Source of the DNA: Folioceros fuciformis
Taxonomy: Eukaryota
Assembly (NCBI GenBank): GCA_049999805.1
Contig: JBNGIO010006142.1
Coordinates: forward strand, 212,769-244,964
DNA length: 32,196 bases
Direction of reading: 5' to 3'
Position numbers and translations under genes: made by a program
Part shown: positions 22,895 through 32,196 of the stretch, in pieces
How the letters are laid out: every line of letters begins with the position of its first letter
How positions within the stretch are numbered: position 1 is the stretch's first letter
Notes under the pieces: model-generated
The model's input: only the letters and a program-made list of their open reading frames with translations
The model's database searches: none
What the model was told of the DNA's origin: nothing

Positions 22895-23261
22895 TTAGTG
22901 AGGTACGGCTGAGAACACAGCACGGTTCACAATACCTGTGGCCTCGATATACCGTTCCACACATCTAGAGACGCAACTACTCTCACTGTTGCTAAGACTA
23001 GACCCAGGTTTTGCAACACACTTGGTGAAGCACTTCTCTCGGATGGTCTGCACCAAGAAGCCAAGCCAAAATTTCACTCATCATGCCAACTGCGACTTCA
23101 TACCAGAGCCCAGCTTTGCAACGAAGACTCCGCCAGAAGGCACTCACCGAGAAGAATTTCTCCGCATATACTTGAGCCATCTGCACCTTGAAAGCGTCCA
23201 TTAGGTCTTCAGTGGAGGGCGGCCGCCTCGACGACGACACAGGAGACGCGAAGGGATCCAT
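22895..23261 (-). CDS. TIM13: Mitochondrial intermembrane small Tim chaperone, 2 exons
   Basis: Exons 23261-23148 and 23047-22895. Twin CX3C motif KCFTKCVAKPGSSLSNSESSCVSRCVERY, and KVQMAQVYAE. Confidence 0.93.
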
Positions 23262-23319
23262 CTCCGCTGCAGATGTAAGTGCCACAAATGTGCGAGCAGA
23301 TTGGTTGAAGGCACCCGCG

Positions 23320-23423
23320 GTGCCTAGGGTTTAAGCTTCCCCAAAACCCTAGGATAGTTCAGGGTACCCATGTCGTGCCGAGGGTTTAAGCTGCCCCAAA
23401 ACCCTAGGATAGTTCAGGGTACC
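23320..23423. repeat. Two 49-bp direct repeats carrying telo-box-like motifs, upstream of TIM13
   Basis: 23320-23368 and 23375-23423 differ at 2 positions. Each has AGGGTTT...AAACCCTAG. Confidence 0.85.
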
Positions 23424-23602
23424 TACGTCTTTTCCACCAACATATTACTCCCAAGTCACAACTCATCCAGGTTCCCGCTCTTGCGCCCGGTTCTGATGGG
23501 GAATTTCAGACTTGCACGAAATCGCACGACATGCCTACAACTGCTCTTTCTTCGCAGAAATGCCCGACCCGCAACGCAAGCGTGGCCGCGGTTGAGGTGA
23601 GG

Positions 23603-23702
23603 TAACGTGCAAGAAGCCCCGAGCCTTGTCACCGTTCCTTCGCAGGCCAGGCCTGGATTAGGGTGATGTAACGTGCAAGCAGCCCGAAGCCTGGTCACCG
23701 TT
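23603..23702. repeat. Degenerate ~34-bp direct repeat, 66-bp period
   Basis: TAACGTGCAAGAAGCCCCGAGCCTTGTCACCGTT at 23603 vs TAACGTGCAAGCAGCCCGAAGCCTGGTCACCGTT at 23669. Confidence 0.75.
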
Positions 23703-24111
23703 TCAATCTCCGGAGAGCGAATCCCTCACCCCTTCTCTCTGGCCCTGACAACTTCGCATTTCGTAGCGTACTTCTCCCTCCCTCGTACAGAAGATGCTGT
23801 GGCCGGGTCACAACACGATTCTTCTCAGATGCTCTCTCATCAGACCAGTATCGTGTCTCTCCTTCTCGCCCCGTTGTCCACCTAACTTCCTTCGAAGAAA
23901 TATCATACAACGGAGGGCCCCAGGATCCTGGTTCCTTCCTGAGAATCGTCACCACACAGCACCGAGTGGTTGGAGACGCAAGCCGGGACCGCCAGTCCCC
24001 AGCCACCACCAGTAGCAGGCGCGAGTCAGATCGCACCGTCACGTGGCCCTACGGCAGTAACCCCGAGATACGCAGAATTCAGCGACGATGCTTCACATCG
24101 TAAGGACATAC

Positions 24112-24115
24112 AAAA
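24112..24115 (-). terminator. Pol III oligo(T) terminator of the tRNA gene
   Basis: TTTT on the minus strand 2 nt after the discriminator base. Confidence 0.55.
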
Positions 24116-24117
24116 GG

Positions 24118-24191
24118 TGCTCCCGGCGGGGCTCGAACCCGCGACCTTTGGCTCATAAGACCAATGCTCTAACCAACTGAGCTACGGGAGC
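24118..24191 (-). tRNA. trnI-UAU: tRNA-Ile (anticodon UAU), intronless nuclear type
   Basis: Minus strand reads GCTCCCGTAGCTCAGTTGGTTAGAGCATTGGTCTTATGAGCCAAAGGTCGCGGGTTCGAGCCCCGCCGGGAGCA. Full cloverleaf with A and B boxes, anticodon loop CT-TAT-GA. Confidence 0.97.
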
Positions 24192-24905
24192 CGGACATTT
24201 CATCGAATGTGCTTAAAAGATATTGTTATGAAATTATGGCACTCGTCTCCACTTTCCCACTTCACGGCCAAGAAGAATATGCGTGTCTCCACCTAGTGCG
24301 AGTACAGGTCGTGGTTGATTTGAGGGAAGTGCAAGTCATCTGTGCGCATCCGAGTCCCAGCTACGGCTTGCACACCTGCCAGGGTGGTGTCCTGCGCCCA
24401 CCTGGCATCCCGGCTTGGCACATTCCTCTGGGATACCACCCAACTGGGCAGAGACACCTTACTGGGCGAGCTCCCTCGCTTTGCCTTCGCAGCAGCACAA
24501 TTTCACCACCGCGTACTGTTCCTTGCTCTGCACGTCCCATTGCACAGTTTGTTCTTCTGCTCTGTTACTGCCTTGTCCCGGCTACTGTTGCCGCTGCTGT
24601 TTGCTGCCGCTGTGAGTGTGTGCCTCTCCCTTCAACGACACCGGGTACAGGGTGCAACTGCGGCCCGACGGTCGGCCTCGCAGCCGCCCCTGGCTGATGC
24701 ATTTGCGGCAGCCCGATTCCCAGGCCCCCGGGGCGCCTGGAATTGGATTAGCAGCAGGGTAGGAGAGGGCTGGTCCACCTCCGGCCTCACCCCACCTCTA
24801 CCCCTGTCGGGGCGGGTGAATTGGGTGGAAGAATGCACGCCCACGGGAGCGCCGTCTGGTCCGGAAGCAGCAGCGGCTGCGTCCGGGTTGGATCCGGGCT
24901 GAGGA

Positions 24906-27365
24906 ATGAGGCGTCTCGGAATTGGGTCGGGTTTGGTTGCCGCCCGGGTGCGCATTCCAGCGGNNNNNNNNNNNNNNNNNNNNNNNNNNNNNNNNNNNNN
25001 NNNNNNNNNNNNNNNNNNNNNNNNNNNNNNNNNNNNNNNNNNNNNNNNNNNNNNNNNNNNNNNGGTGGGGGCTTGTTCGGGGCAGGCGGAGGGTGGCCTG
25101 CTGGGCTGGGATTGACCGCGTCCGGCAGGAGGATTCCTAGCGTCGGGCTCGGCCCTGGCCTTGGCCCGTTTCTGCTGCAGAGCGGGAGCGATGCCCGGCA
25201 GAGTGGAGTGGAGGAGGGCGCGGTGCTGGTGCGGGATGATCTGGACATGCTGCTGCAGGTGAGGAGTTGGGTCCCCTTGGTTCGGGAAAGAAGGATGATG
25301 AGACTGTCCTGTTACCGAGGCTCGTGGGTTGGGTGTGGCAGGTTCTGCCGGAGGACTTGAGGGAAAATTTGCTGAGCCATCCTCGCCGGGCAGAGCTTCT
25401 GGAGGTGCGTGGATGAGTGGATGCGTTTCCGCTGGATCTGGGTTGTGGTTGGGATGTGGGCATGGAAGGAAGGAGGGAAATTAGTGAAGTAAAAGTGGGA
25501 GCTTTGTTGTGGTGATGACACAGGTGGTGTTGGACTTGGGCAGGCGGCCTGAGGCTCGATTTCTTGGAGATGGAGAGGGGGAGTATCTCCGGGATGAGGA
25601 GGTACGTCGGGTTGATCCAGGCTGTGGGGATTGGATTATTGCTGGGTTATGGTAGGTTGATGCTTAGGAGTTTGGTTGCTGTGCATGGCAGATCACCAGG
25701 GAGGATCTGCAGGCTGCGCAGTCTGCGGTGGGGGAATTTGGAGGGGATAATCGTGCGGGAATTGAGGGAACGTTGCATCGGATATCTGCGATTCGGAGTC
25801 GGAAGGGACAGATTGTGGGTCTCACTTGCCGGGTTGGGCGGGCCGTGACTGGCCATGTGGACATGGTTCGAGATGTGCTGCACGCTGGCCAGAGCATTCT
25901 ATTCTTAGGGAGGTGGGTTGTGGTCTTGCCTCATGTGCCAGGCATGGGCGATGAAGGATGTGTGACCTGACCCGTGGGTTTGGGGGCAGGCCTGGAGTTG
26001 GGAAGACGACTGTGATTCGGGAGATTGCCAGAGTGCTCTCAGACGAGCTGCACAAGCGGGTGGTGAGTAAAGCAGTTTGTAAAATGGTGTGCTGATTTTG
26101 GGTATGCGGGTTGCATGCAGCATGTGGCAAGCTAATCGAGTTGTGGTCACCAAGATGTGCAGGTGATTGTGGACACCAGCAATGAGATCGGGGGTGATGG
26201 TGATGTTCCTCATCCTGCCATTGGCGGTGCCCGGAGGATGCAAGTGCCGGACCCCTCCTTGCAGCATAAAGTCATGGTAGAGGCTGTGGAGAATCACATG
26301 CCTCAAGTTGTCATCGTCGATGAGATCGGCTCTGAAGCTGAAGCCTTAGCATGCCGCACAATTGCTGAGAGAGGAGTTATGCTTGTCGGGACTGCGCATG
26401 GCCAGAAGTTGGAGAACATCATCAAGAACCCTACTTTATGTGATTTGGTATACCTCCCTAGTACGCAATGGTCGTTCTGCGAGACGGAATCCCTGAGCTA
26501 TCTCTCCCACCACTGCTGGACGTACTCACGTTGTGGACTGTTATGTTCAGGTTGGTGGTGTTCAAACTGTTACTCTCGGAGATGAAGAAGCTCGAGCTAG
26601 GGGCACGCAGAAGAGTGTTCTGGAGAGGAAAGCTCCACCCACCTTTCCGTTGTTGATAGAAATGAGGGAGCGGAGTCACTGGGTTGCCCACCAGGTGAAG
26701 TGGATCGAAGTACAACAGATCCTGCCTTCTTTCCCTTCGAGGAAAATTCCCATTCTGAATTTGTGTCAGTATGTTTTTGTGGTGCAGACTGACAAAAGTG
26801 TTGATTGTCTGCTTCATGGGAAAAAACCGTACGTTGAGGTAAGCTGTGGTGCGGAACTCCTTCAGGCAGGCTCTCTTCCCTTCCGACTCTCCCCACATGA
26901 TGACGTCTCTACGTGTGCTAATGCAGGTCCGGACCAGAGGTGACGAGTTTAAAGTTGTAATAGAAAGAAAATTGTACGATAGCAGCTCTAGTGGAAGGCT
27001 AGATGGGGACTGGGAAAGCGGCTACAATAATTCCTATTTGCCAATACTTGGAGGCGGGAAGGGTTCCATGGTGGACATCCAGGAGACATACAACTGGGCT
27101 TCAAAGCTAGGTTTGTTCTGTCTTTCCACTGCGTACTCTGTTCCAACTCCTCTAGAGCAGATTAGACGATGATCTGATGCAACTATGTTATGTAGGATAT
27201 GTTCCAGACAAGGATTCCATTGCAGATCGAGATGTTACGTTCAGCTACATAGGGAGGCGAGGGTTTCTTGAGGAATATGAGGATGAGAACTACGGCTATG
27301 GTAGCGCTGGGTCGACAGGCAAGCGGGGGTCTAAACGTGGTCCTCGGGGTTTAAGGCCCCGGTAA
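24906..27365 (+). CDS. ycf45: ycf45 / SpoIIIAA-like P-loop ATPase, ~10 exons (first exon spans an assembly gap, start tentative)
   Basis: Exons approx 24906-25258, 25342-25404, 25524-25601, 25692-25912, 25990-26062, 26163-26447, 26551-26694, 26788-26838, 26927-27110, 27197-27365. Motifs [32 protein letters not shown], Walker [22 protein letters not shown], Walker [16 protein letters not shown]. Confidence 0.9.
24964..25063. other. Assembly gap (100 N)
   Basis: Run of N inside the G-rich first exon of the ycf45-like gene. Confidence 0.99.
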
Positions 27366-27833
27366 TATATTCAGGTAGTGGAAAGGCTTGTGCCCATCCA
27401 TTGCAGACTCATTCTTGGGTGAGCTGCTTTCTTAGAGATTCGTCGACAAAACTGGGCAGGCCAAGACACTGGTTTCTGTCACAAGTTTGCAGGTGAAGTA
27501 CTGATTGTAGATACCAACATAGCGAATTTGATTCTTTTCCGCGAGTGCAGCCTAAGCTGCCTCATGCAATGGTGTAGGATGAAGGGTTTGCAAATTTGCA
27601 ATTCAAAATGTAAAAATATGATTTCACAATGAGACAAACTGGCGGCATTTTTTCCCGCCTATGTAAGCACTTTGCCTTGATCTTGCCTGGGGGGCCTTTT
27701 TTCCGCCCATGTACGCGCCTCCCTGGATCCCTTCTTGACACCAATGCTGGCCTTCTCGCGTGGCAAGAGTCGAACTGCATTAGGACGACACCTACTTCAC
27801 AGTGCTGCAACTGTCCATAGTTCTTGCGCCGCC

Positions 27834-28767
27834 ATGGCGCTGGCCTGGAGCACCCGGAAAAAGCTCATGGCGTTTCTGCTTCTTCTCTTTGCAAAAGCTG
27901 GTTGTTGCTTTGCCGAGGAATCACCGCAAGCGATGGCACATCATGTTGTGAGGGAACTGAAAGGCAGTGGAGCTCACCGCCAGCTTCACACAATTCTCGA
28001 CGTTGGTGTGCGAAACTGGTCCTCCAACACTACGCAGGAGTGCGATGTTGTCCTTGTGGAGATTCTTCCTAACACTCTTTTTGCAGATGCGTATGAGCTT
28101 CAGAGGTTGGAGCAAACACGAGGTATATATCTTTCTGTGAAGAAATTTGTGTTACGTTGTGCTGAGATTTCATAACATGTCTCAGCTCGAGCAATGGTCA
28201 CAGCGGTGAAGCGCGCTCGTGTGTCGGGCGACACGAACTTGGAGCAACCTGCTTGCCGCTCTGAGGCATGTGTCGTTGAGGTACAAACAGCAGCTACCAA
28301 GTCCGGCCAGTCTTCCAAGGATGAAGTTCCTCTGCATGCAAAGATTACTCTTCCATTGCATGCACGTTACCCGGTACGTTGCGCACCGCCGGTGTACAAA
28401 GCTTCCCAGCCTTCTCAGGATGGGTATTCATGTTCTTCTTTCCGTCTGGCAGGCTGTGAGCACTGAAAGCCATTTTTCGGTGCACATCCATTTGCCGCAC
28501 GAGGTTTCACTGCTGTGCAACCGTCCTCGGAGCGAAGGTTGGCGGCTAGGTCTGCACATCCCCGTGTCTTGGGGAAAGAACCTCCCAGAGCCAGTGTTGT
28601 GGCAGATACCCGCTGGCAATCCCTCTCATGCCTCCATTGTTAGGGGTGCCACTGCCTTCTCTGCTCTGGCTGGGGTTCTTGCCATAGTGGTGGCCTGCTT
28701 GATAGCTTACTCTCAACGACACCCGATTCCTTTGAAGACAGTTGCTCGGAAACTAAATCTTCGTTGA
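27834..28767 (+). CDS. PIGX: GPI-mannosyltransferase I subunit PIG-X/PBN1-like, 3 exons
   Basis: Exons 27834-28122, 28204-28373, 28453-28767. Signal peptide, LKGSGAHRQL, EILPNTLFADAYELQRL, GDTNLEQPA, LPLHARYP, WQIPAG, C-terminal TM helix. Confidence 0.88.
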
Positions 28768-28997
28768 ACAGCTAAATCTGAGCTGTGACTCAAGCTCGTC
28801 CATCTCGAAGATGCTGCCGAATGCTGGTGAGAGTAGCAAGATCGTACCACTAGCTCCCCCAACTCGCATTTACTGCAGGATTTACAGAAACTTGCAGAAA
28901 ATAGAGACGTACTTCAACCTGATTGGACCATCATCTCTCGGACAGCCACAACTCCTATGTGACCCAAGGATTGTGTTGAGAGATTCGAAGTTTGGGC

Positions 28998-30965
28998 ATG
29001 GCGGCCGTAGGACACAGTTACTGTCTGCCTGGGGCAGCGGTATCGAAGGGCAAGGCACCTCCCTTCTCATCCTTGCTGCATGGAGATCGATTGCTGTGCA
29101 GCGGGTCGACCATCTACGGCAATGGCAGCGGCAGATGGGGCAAGACGTCCCTCAGGGTTGTCTGCATGGCAAAAAAGGGGAAGAAGGGAGGATCCGGAGG
29201 TGGAGCTGGTACCACGGTGCCCAAGGAAAGGAGTGGCGGGGGTGGCGGAGGTGGAGGCGGAACAGCGGTCGCAGAGAAGGGTTCAGCCTATGCCACTGAG
29301 ACCAGGCAGATCATTCTCAGTGTTCGGAATTTGCGGAAGGTTACTCCCATGGGGAAGGAGCTGCTCAAGAACATCAACATTGGCATGTACTTAGGAGCAA
29401 AAATTGGTGTGCTTGGAGCCAATGGAGCAGGGAAGAGCACGCTCTTGAAAATCCTAGCTGGTGTGGACGCTAACTTCGATGGAGACATGTACTTGGATCC
29501 AAACATTCGGGTGGGATATCTTGCACAGGAGCCGGAGCTGAATGATGGAGCTACCGTGATGGAGAACATGGAGCCTGCGCTTGCTCAGACGCGGCAGCTG
29601 CTCCAGGAGTTTGAGCAGGTGAGTGTGGACATGGCGTCCGGGACAGCAGACATAGACAAGCTTATGGGCAAGATGGAGAGGTTGCAGACCGCTTTGGATG
29701 CGTGCAACGGCTGGGAACTCGAACGGCAACTGGAGAGGGCCCTGAATGCCCTCCGCTGTCCTCCTGGAGATTCCCTAGTACAACATCTGAGCGGAGGGGA
29801 GCGCAGACGGGTGGCTCTCTGCCGCCTTCTGCTTCAGAGCCCTGATATTTTGTTCCTGGACGAGCCAACCAACCATCTGGATGCTGAGGCTGTCGCGTGG
29901 TTGGAGCGCTATCTCGCAGAATTCAAAGGCACGGTGGTGGCCATCACCCACGACCGCTACTTCCTTGACAATGTTGCCGGATGGATTCTTGAGCTGGACA
30001 GAGGACAAGGCATTCCATTTGAAGGCAACTACTCTGCTTGGCTGGAGTCCAAGGCAAAGAGACTGGGATCTGAGGAAAGGCAGCAGTCCGCACTCCAGAA
30101 AACTATCCAACGGGAGCTTGAATGGATTCAACAGAACGCGAAGGGCCAACAGAAGAAGGGCAAGGCACGGCAGCGAGCATATGACGAGCTCCTGCAGAAA
30201 GCTAGCGAGTATCAGAAAGCTGAGAAGCTGGAGTCCCTCTTCCTCCCTCCCGGCCCGCGGCTGGGTGATGTTGTCGTAGAGGCACAGGGGTTGCAGAAGG
30301 CATTCAATGGTCGTGTGCTGGTGGAAGGCATGAACTTCTGCCTCCCTCCAGGCGGAGTGGTGGGAGTGATCGGAGGGAATGGTGCAGGGAAGACCACCCT
30401 GTTCAAGATGATCATAGGCCAGGAAAGCCCGGACGCGGGATACTTAAGGGTTGGAGACACTGTTACTCCCTTGTACGTCGACCAGTCCCGGGACTCGCTG
30501 GATTCCAATAAGACTGTGTTCCAGGAAATCACAGATGGGGCCGAGGAGGTTGTTCTAGGGGAGAGGAAGGTGAATGCGCGCGCCTACTGCAGTTGGTACA
30601 ACTTCAAGGGTGCCGACCAGCAGAAGAAAGTCGGAGATTTGTCAGGAGGGGAACGAAATCGTCTGCAACTGGCCAAGGTGATGAAGAAGAGCGGGAACTT
30701 GCTGTTGCTTGACGAGCCCACCAATGACCTGGATGTCGACACATTACGAGCTTTGGAAGATGCCATTACCGACTTCGCGGGGTGCGCTGTAGTAATTTCC
30801 CACGACCGATGGTTTTTGGACCGGATCGCTACCCATATTCTTGCCTTCGAGGGAGACTCCAAGGTTGTCTGGTTTGAAGGGTCTTACTCGGAGTATGAAG
30901 CGGACCGGAAAAAGAGGCTAGGTAACAAAGAGCCCACAAGAATGAAGTATGCTTCCTTAGCCTAG
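28998..30965 (+). CDS. ettA: ABC-F ATPase of the EttA/ChvD subfamily with a plastid transit-like extension, single exon
   Basis: Uninterrupted 655-codon ORF. Two ABC cassettes (GANGAGKST/LSGGE/LFLDEPTN and GGNGAGKTT/LSGGE/LLLDEPTN) with no TM segment. EttA-type linker ELEWIQQNAKGQQKKGKARQRAY..FLPPGPRLGD and C-terminus RMKY. Confidence 0.93.
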   Translation: MAAVGHSYCLPGAAVSKGKAPPFSSLLHGDRLLCSGSTIYGNGSGRWGKTSLRVVCMAKKGKKGGSGGGAGTTVPKERSGGGGGGGGGTAVAEKGSAYATETRQIILSVRNLRKVTPMGKELLKNINIGMYLGAKIGVLGANGAGKSTLLKILAGVDANFDGDMYLDPNIRVGYLAQEPELNDGATVMENMEPALAQTRQLLQEFEQVSVDMASGTADIDKLMGKMERLQTALDACNGWELERQLERALNALRCPPGDSLVQHLSGGERRRVALCRLLLQSPDILFLDEPTNHLDAEAVAWLERYLAEFKGTVVAITHDRYFLDNVAGWILELDRGQGIPFEGNYSAWLESKAKRLGSEERQQSALQKTIQRELEWIQQNAKGQQKKGKARQRAYDELLQKASEYQKAEKLESLFLPPGPRLGDVVVEAQGLQKAFNGRVLVEGMNFCLPPGGVVGVIGGNGAGKTTLFKMIIGQESPDAGYLRVGDTVTPLYVDQSRDSLDSNKTVFQEITDGAEEVVLGERKVNARAYCSWYNFKGADQQKKVGDLSGGERNRLQLAKVMKKSGNLLLLDEPTNDLDVDTLRALEDAITDFAGCAVVISHDRWFLDRIATHILAFEGDSKVVWFEGSYSEYEADRKKRLGNKEPTRMKYASLA

Positions 30966-31356
30966 TGCCCTCCCTGTATGCAGTTCTCGGAAAGTCGAAC
31001 CTCCTCTTCGGAATGTACAGGACAGTACAGCAGATGATCGAGATCCTTTCAGCTTCTCATCATGCAAGGGAATGAAATCGTGCACAAAATCACAATTCTA
31101 CGACCAGGTGTACATTCACGAATGCCTTTGCCCGTGAGGTATCTCGAAATGGAGGCACTGCACACAAATCATTCGATTTCTCGTCACATGTCAAACAAAT
31201 ACAAGTGTGTACAACATTCACGGTTGCCCGTCCACTTGCAGATTTACACATGACCGGTCGTGTCTGTCGACACCCACGCTGCACGCCAAATTGCCCGTCT
31301 TCAAAGCATTGAAGCTTCGGCAGGCCGACAGTCCAAGGGGACGCCGAGAAATTCCC

Positions 31357-32196
31357 CTACCACCGCCTCCTGTCGTGGTGATGCTCCTCCTCCTCCTCCT
31401 CCCGCCGCCCGTAACGGCGCTCCTCTCGTCCCTAGTCAATGGAACCAAGCATGTGTGAGCGACGTCTCAGCTATCGGAGTCCGATGATGAATGGCTTGAC
31501 CCCTTCTTCTTATCCTGCTTATGACTCTTCCCCTTCTTACTACTGTTCTTCTTCTCCTTCTTCTGTTTATGTTCCACACTACCATCCTGCTGCGTCTGCA
31601 AATACACGCATCATCCGAGAAGAGTAACGACTACGAAGTTAACAAGCTTGGACCATCTCCAACTCCCATCTCCAAAATTTCCGACCTTCTCACAGCCACC
31701 ACCAGCATCTGAGGATGGCAGAGGGACCTGTTTGATCTTCACCACCACACAGCAAGTTCTAACGGACTTCCACTCCACACTCACACAATGAACAATACCT
31801 TAAAAGGGACAATCCATCAGCCAGCTCGATAAACAAGAAAAACTCTCAGTCCTTCTTGATGGATCGAGATGGCCCTTGGAGCATATGCACACAAGTCACA
31901 AAGAGCTTACATGTTCTCCCTCCGACTCTCCGTATCCGGTTCTCCGTGCTCCATATCCCTCATCCTGACCGTACTCGTTCCGTCCATACCCGCCGTGGCC
32001 CTGCTGCTCCTCGGAGCGGCCGTAGCCTGCAGATCTGCCATAGCCTCCGTATCCCTCTTCTTCCTCAGATCGGCCATAGCTGGGCTTCCTCCCACCGTAC
32101 CCCTGCTCCTCCTCCTCGGATCTGCCATAGCTAGGCTTCCTCCCTCCGTATCCCCCCTCCTCCTCCTCGTATGTGCCATAACTAGGCTTCCCCCCT
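31357..32196 (-). CDS. 3' part of a Gly/Tyr/Glu-rich disordered repeat protein (At5g39570/PLDrp1-like); 5' end lies outside the window
   Basis: Minus-strand frame from 32195 to 31911 reads GGKPSYGTYEEEEGGYGGRKPSYGRSEEEEQGYGGRKPSYGRSEEEEGYGGYGRS...EGEH followed by a GTAAGC donor. Two phase-0 candidate last exons at 31595-31467 and 31431-31357. This frame is missing from the ORF track. Confidence 0.75.

Noticed and set aside
24115..24118. CC after the tRNA discriminator base, considered as a genomically encoded CCA (organellar or bacterial origin)
   Set aside because: The sequence is CCT rather than CCA, and the body matches the plant nuclear tRNA-Ile(UAU) type with a Pol III terminator.
23695..24902. 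ORFs of 60-186 aa around the tRNA gene
   Set aside because: No recognisable domains or splice-consistent structure. One ORF simply runs through the antisense of the tRNA.

Overview
Gene-dense nuclear DNA from a non-seed land plant. The ~50% GC and compact, mostly 80-130 nt introns suggest a hornwort such as Anthoceros, which is an inference only. There are two 100-N assembly gaps. Gene models were built by hand from splice sites, so most ORF-track entries are exon fragments or antisense shadows. The window holds PSMD5 (17 exons, one GC-AG intron), a small plastid membrane protein of the At2g05310/At4g13500 type, a DUF3067 protein, the organellar 5'-3' exonuclease OEX2, a remorin-like coiled-coil gene, a divergent CYP73-like P450, TIM13, tRNA-Ile(UAU), a ycf45/SpoIIIAA-like ATPase, PIG-X, an intronless bacterial-type EttA ABC-F with a transit-peptide-like extension, and the 3' end of an RKPSYGRSEEE-repeat (At5g39570/PLDrp1-like) gene. 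Between 13.1 and 20.8 kb lies a tandem segmental duplication wrapped around a 4.3-kb nest of decayed LTR retrotransposons. The main points of interest are: candidate alternative terminal exons in two separate genes; a PPT-LTR-PBS junction whose geometry fits LTR-mediated unequal recombination leaving one intact copy of each of two interrupted genes; a telomeric palindrome at a deletion breakpoint; a CYP73-like enzyme with changed substrate-contact residues; and the single-exon EttA. No CRISPR or prokaryote-type system is present. Family assignments come from recalled motifs, not database searches.
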